A stretch of DNA of 64,000 nt, from assembly GCF_006345805.1 (NCBI RefSeq), contig NC_043015.1, positions 33,170,001 to 33,234,000 of the forward strand. Reading direction: 5' to 3'. Position 1 is the first letter of the stretch. Every line of letters starts with the position of its first letter. Below are positions 37,101 to 48,868 of this stretch, one piece after another. The translations under genes were made by a program, and so were the position numbers. Origin of the DNA: Octopus sinensis (Eukaryota). The notes under the pieces are model-generated. The model did not search any database and was not told the DNA's origin. It was given only the letters and a program-made list of their open reading frames with translations.

Positions 37101-39954
37101 CGTGTGTGTGTGTGAGAGAGAGATAGATATAAATATAGTTTCAAAGAACCTGAAAGCAGATTCTTGATATTTCAATTATTCCATTATGTTCGTTTCATTT
37201 AATCAATTCTCAGTAATCCGTAATTACTACACATTATTGTGATAATGAACCACCTTAGCAGTTGGCCTATTGAAATATCGTGCTATTATACAATGCCATC
37301 TGATGAGGTGGTTGATTATAAATATATGTTCTAATTATTGATTATTGATTTTTGCTACTGAAACGATCATAATAAGATAAGGAAAACACTAATAATCTAC
37401 TTTCTGATTATTCTTTTAAACAATTTGTAGCTCCTCCCACTCAGTAAAGGCCCGAACAGCATTGAAACTTTTACTAAGGTGATGAGCTGGCAGAAGCGTT
37501 AGCACGCCGGGCGAAATGCTGAGCGGTATTTCGTCTGCCGTTACGTTTTGAGTTCAAATTCCGCCGAGGTCGACTTTGCCTTTCATCCTTTCTGAGTCGA
37601 TAGATTAAGTACCAGTTATGCACTGGGGTCGATGTAATTGATTTAATCCCTTTGTCTGTCCTTGTTTGTCCCCTCTGTGTTTCCTTATTGTGTGGGCAAT
37701 GAAGAAATATGAAACTTTTAGCAGCGGGAAATTTGTCTCTTGTGTTTCCTTTGCTGATTTGTTGTTGTAACTGTTGCTGGTGAGGATCAGTTTGCAGTCT
37801 GTAGTCATGGTAATGGTAACACTGGTGACGGTGGTGGTGGTGATGATGGCGTTGAGGTTATTCACTTTTGATTTCTGGCTGTTATTCACAGAAATTTGCA
37901 TATTTTCTTCATGTGGATTTTTGCTTTCATTCTTCCGTTCTCTGAAAGGGGAGTGGGGTGGGGGTGCTGTTTGCCTCCTTTCTTCTTTTCTTTTTTAGGA
38001 TTTTTTTTGGGGTGAACTTTGAAAATAGAATTGCAGTATTTGGGCCTATGGTCCAAACAGGCACATCGCCAGACTTTTGGTACTTGGGAGTATTTCAGAA
38101 CATTCTGGATGGGCACTAATTTGTAATAATATTCAAGTGAAGTTTAAAAAAAAGTATCACTGAAAAATTATGTAACAATTTCATCAATTGGTAGACTTCT
38201 GATTGAAGCACGCCAATTTTGTCATGTTTTAGTATTTTCAGAAAATTTTTGCCAATTTGTGTTCTCCATGCTGTATCTCGTATAATTATGCAAAAAATAT
38301 TTTTTAATTAATTCACATGCGCACCCCCACCAACACCCCTAAATCCTAAAAATTTTGGCTTTTTAAAAAAAATTTTTTAATTTTAATTTTAGAATACAGT
38401 CTGAATCTGCCATTTGTTTCTGTTTATAATTTCCAAATAATTTTTTTCTTTCATTCAGCATCACTTCTTCCTCCATTTTATAATTTCCCTGGAGAATTTT
38501 TGACCAATCTCTTTGGTTCATTGTTTTGAAATTAATTTTTGCTCTGGTTTGAGAAGAAATGTCTTGCAGGAAGATTTTTGTAAACTGTATCTTCTAAAAC
38601 TAAGGGTGCACCATTTAATAGTGAGGGTGCAGTGCTGTCCAGTGCACCCACTTTGTTATGGGCATGGTCACCTTTTCAGTGGGCAGTGTATGGCACTCTG
38701 TTTACAGTTTGTAACAAAAAATTTTAACGAATGTTATGCAAACAAGTGAAAATCAACAAAATTTACAGAGCAAAAGCTACATGATGACGACTTGAGATAC
38801 CAATAATAATAATAATAATAATAATGATGATAATAATGATTCTTTCTATTAAAGGCACAAGGCCTGAAATTTTGCAGGGAGGGACTAAGTTGATTACATT
38901 GATCCCAGTGCATAACTGGTACTTACTTCATCGGCTCTGAAAGGATAAAAGGCAAAGTCGACCCCAGCGGAATTTGAACTCAGAATGTAAAGACGGATGA
39001 AAGTGTTTTGCCTGGTGTGCTAACAATTCTGTCAATGATTTCAAATTTTGGCACAAGGCCAGCAATTTTAGGGGAGAGGATAAGTTGATTACATTGATCC
39101 CAGTGCTTTACTGGTAATTATTTCATCAGCCCCAAGTGGATAAAAGCTAAAGTCAACCATGGTGGAATTTGAACTCAGAACATAAAATTAGATGAAACGC
39201 CACTAAGCATTTTGCCTGGTGTGCTAATGATTCTGCCAGCTTGCTACCTTACTACTACTACTGCTAATAATAATAATAATAACAACTGTTCATTTGTTAT
39301 ATGTATGGTAACTTCCTTTGTTTGATTGTTTTTTAAATCAGAAAAAAACGGTGAAATTTTGTTTTGAAAGTATTTGCAAAACTTATCATCCACATTAACA
39401 TTTATATTTTCATCTTGTGAACAGATGTTTAGTTTAACATTATTACCACATCTGTTACAAAATTACATCTAATAACTAGTTTATATCATTAATTTCCCCA
39501 CTTGCTATCACCTCTTTCAGTCAATAAAGATTTGATTACAGGTAAAGAATCTTTCTAACACCTTTCCTATATTTAATTACAACCTTCAGTATGTTGTAGA
39601 GAAATTCCATTAGAGCTGGCTTTTTCTAGAAAAATGTCTTACTAAGCAGCATTTGAAAGGCTTGATCTGATCAAATTTACACTTTTTAATACTAGATTAA
39701 TTACCTATTTTGCATTTTAGTTGGCTTTTCACAGAACATTACAGACATTACAATGATATGAATTAAATCTGGGAAACTTGAGACCCCTTCTTTGCAAAGC
39801 TTAATAAATTTTCTATTACCATCTACTTTGGATCCTGTTTGGCATGTTGTCTAGAAAATAATACAAGTTCTTAAATGGTAAACTGTCAACATTTTTTTTC
39901 TTTTGTTTTTATAATTTAGAAATATTTTTCTTTCTGGGTTTTATGTTGTAATAG

Positions 39955-40035
39955 CAACATTTTAAACATGGTTTTATCGAAGCAACCACTAAACACAATT
40001 GCAATATAGAAACGTGTGTACTGTGCTGTTATAAG
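39955..40035 (+). other. Candidate 81-nt phase 0-0 exon or transposase remnant
   Basis: ttttatgttgtaatag| ... AAG|gtatgg, QHFKHGFIEATTKHNCNIETCVLCCYK. The frame stays open 30 more codons past the donor. Confidence 0.25.
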
Positions 40036-41964
40036 GTATGGGTGCACCAAGCAGTTGCCAAGAGGCTGCATGAGTTAAGGGACTCGATTGTAATCGATGT
40101 ATATTGTGGCTTGCTATACAGTATGTAAACACTGTAAGTCATACCCAGATATAATTTTAAACAACATCCAGCCAGGAGTGGGGGAAGGGGGTGGCTCAGG
40201 AATTTCAGGGTTTTGACAAGTGTGAATCTTTGTGATTATTGTTCTCAGGTCAACTCTGACCGAGAGAAATAGCATCTGTCAGTGTCCCAGTTATGGAAGA
40301 GACTCCCTGCACAAAGCCTCACTGCCTTGTGAGTACCTTACGAAAGGAAACGAGTGAGGGGAGTCAAGGAGTGGCGTACCTCAGGTGCCCTCTTTGACTC
40401 AGTTCTGGCAACTCCAGGGTAGGTAGAGCTCTCCAGCTTTGTAAGCCAAATCACCAAAGAGACAGCCATGTTGGCTTGCTGGTTGGTCATCACAACGATC
40501 TTAGCCCACCGATGGAATTGTGGATGGTGTTTAGTGGTCACCTTGCATGAAGAAATATGACCTATTTTGGAAACAGGTGAAGAGTGCTGACAGGAAGGGT
40601 ACACAGCAAGCATGGAAAATCATCATCATCACTTAACATCTGCTTTTCTATGCTGGCATGGGTTAGATGGTTTGACTGAAACTGGTAAGCTGGAGAGCTG
40701 CATCAAGTTCCCATCTGATTTTGCATGGTTTCTACAGCTGGATGTCCTTCCTAATGCCAACCACTCCAAGAGTGTAATGGGTGCCTTTTATGTGCTACCA
40801 GCACAGGTACCAGTTATGTGGCATGGATAATGTTGATTACTGAATTGTAAAGAAACTCTGATGTGATGTTTTACTCATAGGATTAATAATCTTCTCTCCC
40901 ACTGTGTCAAGCTTTGGTGGTACAGTGATGTTTGCTTCACAAATTGTGTGTTCTTGTCTTATCAGGGTTCTTTCCATTTTTTTGTCGTAATTGCATGTCT
41001 TGAAGTTGTTGATTATCTGTTTTTAACAATATATTCTGAAAATGAAATGGATTCTGAGTTTTGCTTTTTATAATGTTTGCATAAAGGATCTAACGGTGAA
41101 GTACCTAATTAGATTTTCTCTTCCTGTTCAATAGAAATGTTCACTCACAAAATATTAGAAGATTATGGTTTGTGGGGTGTGCACAAACAATGTTCTCTGG
41201 AAAATGTAAAAACCGATTAACTACGTTCTTATTTTAAATCAGATCTCTTTGGGTTTATTTAAAGTAATTATTTTAGTTGCTGCTCACTAGAAATATTTCC
41301 TAAATTTGTTGATATAATTAAAGTTTCTCTGTTTCAAAATAATTATTCTCCTTGTAACAAAATATTGATTTTGAAAATTTTTTTTCCGTAGAATTATATT
41401 TTCTTATATTCTAAACAGAATTTAGAAAAACCAATACAAAACAAGGTCAAAATCAAAGATGTTACTCTTGGTTGTGTACTCTAAAATGGAGAAAGTATGT
41501 GTATGTGTGTGTGAGGGGTGAGTGTTAAAAAATTGAATTTGTGATTTTTTTTTTTTTTTTTTTTTTGCAAAATTGTAATCTCCAACGTTTAAAACAAACA
41601 AATCCAAAGAAATTTTCAGGTAGTGATGGTGGTGAAGTAACAATACATGTGCTTGCATTTGTGCAGTCTGAAAATCCAACTTAAGCTTTCAATTAGGGGT
41701 CTTTATTAAGAAAAGAAATTTAAAAGATATTTTTAAAAAGTTTATTTTTTTTTTTTTTAATTCACTTTGGTTTCCATTTCTATACTCTAACCAAAATCTA
41801 ATTGCTTGGAGTCTTAAATTCTTTTCTGCTTCGATAAGCCATTGTTTCCTTTAAACTCAGCTATAAGAATGATTCTTATGGCTGCCTGTTGAATACAGAC
41901 GTTTTTAGCAATTCACTTGTATAGACATATGTACATCTCTTTGTTGGTCTGTATGCTTCCGCAG

Positions 41965-42009
41965 GCAACCGGCAGCCTCGAGTGCTGCTTTCGGCATATT
42001 TGGTCATAT
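41965..42009 (+). other. Candidate 45-nt CpG-rich exon
   Basis: tctttgttggtctgtatgcttccgcag| ... TAT|gtatgc; all three frames are open. Confidence 0.3.
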
Positions 42010-42300
42010 GTATGCATGCTTTTGTTTGAGATTTATTTAAGTTCTTAATGGAGTTCAAGCTGGTCACTAGCAAAGTAACCAGACTTTTTGAGATAAAACA
42101 GTTCCTGGGGGGTTTGTAAATGTGTGGTTGAGTGAGTGTGTGTATATTTGTAGATGTATATACCAGCACTTGTGTTCTATGTGAATGTGTCTCTTTGGTG
42201 CTAAGCTGTTAGTGTATGAGTGTGTGTGTGTGTGCTTTTATACATTTAAAGAATCTCAGATGGAGAATCTTTGGAATGTCTCACAAATTACATAATTATA

Positions 42301-43552
42301 TCCAGTCTGAGTGAAAAGTAAGCAGTGTTTTGAAACATGAAATTCATCATAATATATTTTGACAATGCGGAAATTCTATTTATCTAAGTATCATTACAAT
42401 CATCACATTTTTGCCAATGAGTTACAAGTTTGTTTGTTCTGGTAACATAAAAATCTGGAGTTCTGAAACTGATGAACTCTTTGAACGCACTTTCAGCATT
42501 GGTTTGATTTTTGAACTCCTTCTCTTGCAGGAAACCATCAAGGTGCTTGAATATGTGATAGTCAGTAGGTGAAAGGTCTGGGGAATAATCTGGGTGGGGA
42601 AGGACTTTGTAGCCAAGTTCCCTCAACTTCTGGAATGTCATTAGTGAAACATGTGGTTGAGCATTGTCATGAAGAATGATTGGTCCTCTTCTGTTGACCA
42701 GTCTGGGATGGAGGAAGAGCAGTTTTTTGTTCATTTTGGTAATTTTATGGCAATAGGTTTCTGCAGTAATAGTTTTTCCAGGTTTTAAGGAGTTATAGTG
42801 GATGAGTCCAGCAGTACACCACCAAACAGTCACCATAACCTTCTTTTTGAAGAGTTCGGGTTTAGGGAAAGTTTCCAGTGCTTCATTTTGGTCCAATCAC
42901 TGCGAAGAACATTTTTATTATTGCACAGAATCCACTTTTCATTGCAAGTTACAATACAGTCGAGAAATGGATGAGCCTGGTTACAGAGAAGAAGTGACAA
43001 GCAGATTTCATGTCTGTGCATTTTCTGATTTTCATTCAAATCGTGTGGTACCCCTTTGTTGAGATTTTTTGATTTTTCAATTGCACGCAAATGGTTGCAG
43101 GCAGTTTTCTAGCTAACCTGAAGATTTTTGCCAGTTCTTGAGTGGTTTTATGTGGATCTTTCTCAATGACGGTCTTTAATTGACCGTCATTGATGACAGA
43201 TGAACATCCACTCTGCTCACAGTCTTCAAGGCTCGGGTCTCCACTGCAAAATCATTTAAACCATTTTTGAGTGGAACACTCACTGGCCATTTCCTCACCA
43301 AACATTTCGTTGACATCGCAAGCAGTTTCAGCTGCTTTACGTCCTTTTTTTGAAGTTGATTAGCAAAATTGCTCAGATTATTATAACAATGGTGTAAAAA
43401 ATATGAATTTTAATTTATTGATGCTGTTGGGCAAGTCTATGTCTATTATCAGACAATTGCAAAAAAAATGTTTAAAAAAATTCAAAACTCTGCAAAAATC
43501 TGGTACAAATTCTGCATGGTTCAAAATGTTGCTTACTTTTTACTTAATCTGA
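42301..43552 (-). mobile_element. Near full-length mariner (DD34D) element, inactive
   Basis: About 1.25 kb, TA flanks, degenerate ~30-bp TIRs (tccagtctgagtgaaaagtaagcagtgtttt versus reverse complement tcagattaagtaaaaagtaagcaacatttt). Transposase pieces GVPHDL..IVTCNEKWI, ILHDNAQPH, HPDYSPDLSPTDYHIF are split by a frameshift, and the first catalytic D reads N. Confidence 0.93.
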
Positions 43553-45707
43553 TATTTATGTATGCGTATGTATGTGTATGTAATGTATGGATGCAAATTT
43601 TGGTGAAATTTATTTAAGTTTATCTTTGCCAAATTCAGGCTGGTCACTAACAACACAGTGACAAAACTCTTTTGTTTATGAGAAGACCATTGGTTGATGT
43701 ATTCCTATATGTGAGATAATGCATGTGTGTGTGTGTTTGTGGATAATATGGATATGTTGTGAGAGTGTATATCACTTTAGTACCTAGGTGTATGTACTTC
43801 ATTACTGCTTATGTGAGTGTGTATTTTGCATGTACTTGTGGCTGTTTTTGGTGTTCCTTAAATGGAGAACATTTACTGTCTCTTTTCCATTCTAGTATGG
43901 GTTAGATAGCTTGACAGGAACTAGCGGTCCAGGGGTTGTACCAGGTTCCTTGGTCTGTTTTGGCTTCCTTTTTGCAGCTGGATGTCCTTCCTAACACCAA
44001 CCACTTTACAGAGTGTACAGGGTGCTTCTTAGGTGGCACCAGCATCAGTGTTTCACCTACACCAATTCCAATTCTGGTGTGGTGGGCAGGCCTTCTCGAG
44101 TACAGCAATGCATCACATGTCTCCGTCCTCTGTCATCTCCTTTGTAAAGCTCACCGTTTTGAGAGCAGCCTCCAATACTTCATCTCATATCTTCCTGGGT
44201 CTTCCACAACTTCTCTCCACTCTAAGTGATTATTACTTCTTCATGCAACCATCTTCATCCATGACCAAAACAGTGCAGTCTCCTCTCTCGCACACTGCAT
44301 ATCATTCCTCACATGCTCAACATCTTTAATGAAATTCTAAGATATATTCATTGTTTATCATATCTATATTTACTTTATGAACATATATCTGTAGTCATCT
44401 TATAGACATATATCAGTAATTACTTTATAGATGTATACCACATTTAATTGCTTTATATATATACACACACATATGAAATTGGTTCTTTGTGAAATCTTAT
44501 CTGCATAGGTTGGACGGTTCGACCAGGGTCTGGGAAGCCAGGAGGCTGCACCAAGCTCTTGCCAACCACTCCGTGAGTGTAGTGGGTGCTTTTTATGTGC
44601 CACCGGCACAGGTGCCAGGGAAGCTGGCAACGGCCACGATCGGTTGGTGCTTTTTACATGCCACCAGCACGGAAGCCAGTCAAGGCGTATGACTATGAAT
44701 ATACTTCTCAGTAAATCAAGGAACTCATTGAACCAACAAGAGACTCTATGTATGATCACTTGGTGTGCTAGCAACTCAACCAAATCTTCCTCAATTTACA
44801 CCCTAATGTCTTGAAAAGAAAGGGACATCTTTGCTGATAAATATGCAATGTGTGAGACAAGGATGAGATGATCCTAGTTTTAAAAAGACAAAGCTGACCT
44901 GAGGGCAAACTACTCATCGAATCAGTTACGAGATATTCATATCCTCCTTACTATTCATTCAGGATTTCGTTAACTTAATATTATCTCAAGAACAAAAACT
45001 AGACGGAAGGAACTAATAATGATCTGTGTCACCTAAAAACCAGTTGATAGAATTCCAAATGAAAAGGAATATTTTTTTCTGGTGATTTGATGAAGTCTTC
45101 ACTTATTTATGAATTAAAATAATGCCTCCAAGCTAAATGCTATAAATATAGCAAGGATCTGTCTTATAAATCATCAATAAACTGCAGCTGTTTGTCAACA
45201 AATTTGTACCAAAAGTGGAATGGTTATGAATATTAGTTTTCAAAATAATCAGGAATTTAGAGTAATTTAGAAAATGAATTTTATTTGTTGGTTGTTGTTG
45301 TTATTGCTTCTGTTTCCAATGCGTAATGTTGAGGTAGACTCAACATTAGCCGGTCAACTTTCACTGCAGGTTCCTATTTATGGAAGACCAGTAATTTCAT
45401 AAAATATAGTACTGTGTGTGATTAGATCCTTGTTAACAAGTTGAATAACCCCAGTCAAGCTTGATCCTGTGATTAGAAATCTTCCAGCAATGAACATTCT
45501 GTCTTATGTATATCAAGAACATCTTTCAATGTAACTTTCCAATTTTAAGACAAGAAGGTACGATTTGAAGGAGATTTGGCTGCTATTTCTAGCAGATTGA
45601 GTGGCTTGATAGAAGCTTACTCATTAGTTTTTATGGTATATGGATTTGGTTTTGGGATCTCTTATAAATATCATGTTTCCTACAAATAGAGGAAAGACTC
45701 TTTTGTC

Positions 45708-45730
45708 ATTGCCATGGCAACACTTCCTGT
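45708..45730. promoter_or_regulatory. X-box-like ATTGCCATGGCAAC abutting ETS-like ACTTCCTGT
   Basis: 13/14 match to the palindromic RFX site GTTGCCATGGCAAC. Confidence 0.35.
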
Positions 45731-46084
45731 AATTAGCCTTGCTTCATCTCCACAGACTCTTCTTACACAAAGCTGCATTTCTCTGTTACAGAATCACACT
45801 CAAATACTTAGCAACATCACAGTTTCTGCTTCTTAAATTTCCACGTTTATGGTTAGCGCCTTCGATATAACTTCAATAAGAAGAAAATATCTTCCATAAT
45901 ACCCACTCCAAATCAAATCTGTAGATTTAGGTTTAGCCAACTTGGACAGAACATTAAAGATATTCTTAATCCAAAGAATTTGTTACACGGAAGAAGTTTA
46001 CAAAGGATTCAGCACAACAAGAATCACAACAAAAACATCCAACGCATCCAGCAATACATGAACACTTGCACACCTTTATGTGCA

Positions 46085-46120
<36 letters not shown>

Positions 46121-47305
46121 TGCACAGGTAGAGAAGAAAGATATTTCAATACATTAGAACAATTTCTTAAATAATCTGCAAAATTCTTCCAAACATGCAA
46201 CAGATGAAACAAAATACAGCAAATACCTTATTAAAAAAAAGATGATTCTTTTTCTTCTTATCATTGTTTTTATTTGTTTTTCTTCCTTTTTAAATCATGT
46301 ACATGTTGGTTTTTCTGTATACAAAGGCGTCATATTAGCCTGAAGATGACTCAACCATGGGAATAACAACAATTTGAAAAGTTTGTTACGCTTCGCTTAT
46401 CATTACAATATTTGTTGCAGAATTGATTAGAAATGAAACCCATTGTTTATATAAAGCTTGGACAGTTGGAAATGTTCCATGAAGATTAGGAAAATACGTC
46501 ATTTTTGTAGAGTTCTTAATAATAATTATTCTTGCTTCCAAGATTGTAGTTTTGTGGATGTGCATAAGCATTACATAAACATATATACCTACACACATTA
46601 TACATACATATACCTGCACATACATATACATACATAGATATGCACGCATGTCTGTGTAAGTGTGTGTGTGTATGTATGTATATATATATGTATGTATGTG
46701 TGTGTGAGAAAATGAGTGCATACGTACAAGCATGCATGAATAAGATCAGTAGCTAACATCTAACATTCTACTAAATGTTTTTCAAAGACCCATTTACAGA
46801 AGAGATCAGTGATTTGGAACTTCAGCGCTTCACCAAATTAATAAATACAGTTTTTTTAAAGGCTTCCATTCGGTAACTGACCATTTTCTAAATGTACTAA
46901 AGTAAAGAAGAAATAATTAAATAAATAAATAAAATAGTTAATAAAATAATTAAAGCATCCACTCCTTTCATCTCCACTAGTAAGGCATATTATTATTATT
47001 ATTATTATTATTAAGTATTATTATTATTATTAATTATAATTATTATAATATTATTATTATTATCAATATAATTATTTTTAATATTTTTTAGTAAATTTTT
47101 ATTTTTTTAAATTTTTATTTTATATAATTTCACTTTCACTGATAAAAAGATAAAAACAAAGACCAAAAAAAGATGATTAAGAAGAGTAAAATTGTCCTAC
47201 GAAGCAATTTACTACGGCAGATGTAAGAGGAGAAGACGAGAGAAGAGAGATTGCAACACGTCTCTCTTTCTCTCTCTCTCTCTCACTCTCTTTCTCTATC
47301 ACCAG

Positions 47306-47327
47306 GTGTGAAGTTCTGTTGCACCAG
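47306..47327 (+). other. Candidate 22-nt microexon
   Basis: (CT)n tract ..ctctatcaccag|GTGTGAAGTTCTGTTGCACCAG|gtaaga. Confidence 0.3.
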
Positions 47328-47421
47328 GTAAGAAGTTGTAGAAGAAAGCAAACCAGGGATTTTATTTCTTTCTCATTTTTTTCCTTCTTCTTCTTGAATA
47401 TAGTTATGGATGCGGTTGAAG

Positions 47422-47461
<40 letters not shown>

Positions 47462-48831
47462 CACATATGTGCAGGCATGACATGTGTATAGAAACGTGTG
47501 TGTGTGTATATATATGTATACACACACACACACACGTCATGTCTGTATACATTTGTGCAAATATATATGTGTGTGTATAAACATATACGCACACACACAC
47601 ATGCGCGCATACACACACACACACACATGGGTGTATGTAGGATTCCATATAATTGGGGAGAGGATTATATAAATCTGCAGATTAGGCAAAGATAAAATAA
47701 ATTCTAGCAAGATGAGAATTGAGCAGAGTCGGGAAGGAGAATAAATATCTCTGTATTTCATTTCAAAAAAGTCTTTTAAATTTTCATTCGATTGCTAGAA
47801 ATAAACCTTCATGGTATACCACTCTATAAAACCAGATGTACATCATTAATCGTCTAATAACTCTGTATACTATTATATTAAACTGATAGTCCATACCACC
47901 TCTGCACACATTTAAACCATTGTTCCATACCATCTTTACATACTTAAACTGTTATTTCATATCAGATGCATACGGCTAGACTGTTCTTCCATTCCAGCTA
48001 CCGATGGCCAAACTGGTCTGCCATCAAGTGGCTATTCTCTGCCATTCCTATTCTGTTAAACCAAAATTAATTTATTCCATTCTCATTTTTTTATAAACCA
48101 TCATTCCTATTAATTCTTCCATTCATTTATTTTGACAGTTTTGGTGAATCCAGTCTAAAATGTATAACAGAATGGGTGAAGAAAATGGGAAGATGCGCAT
48201 ACACACAGCCTTATAGCTGTATGCTCTCACTGTGTGTATAACACACATACGCACAGCTCTACGGCTGTATGCTCACACTCTGAACAGGTGCCATGGACTT
48301 CAACATATTTTCACCTTAACATTTACGGTGGCCATCTTTAGCCGACCCTAGTGACTAACATCAGCATTTAAAACATTGGTCCTTGTTTTCCCTAAGGTGG
48401 CGGCGGTAGGGGTGAAGGAAGGGGGGTAGACAAGGGAAACCCCTCTCTCGTTCAGTCACAAACACATATTTATAGACAGACACAAGATAGAAACAGAGAG
48501 AGAGAGAGAGAGAGAAAAGGAGAGAAAAAGAGAAAGTGAAAGACAGAGAGAGAGAGGTGAGACAGCTTCAGTTTGATAACAAGAACAAACAATGCACCCA
48601 AAAACAGTTTACAAACAAATTAAAAATCTGAAGGACATTTTTTTTTTTTCCTTCTATAATTGTTTTTTTTTTTTTAAATAAAGTTCATTCTTTTCTCTTT
48701 CAATATTTCAGAAGTATTTATCGTTGTGCAACAATTTTTTTGTTTTGTTTATATTTTTACAAAAGGATGAAATAGACTGGAAAAGAAAAAAAAAAAGAAA
48801 AAGCAACTTTTTTGTTTTATATATATAATTT

Positions 48832-48868
<37 letters not shown>

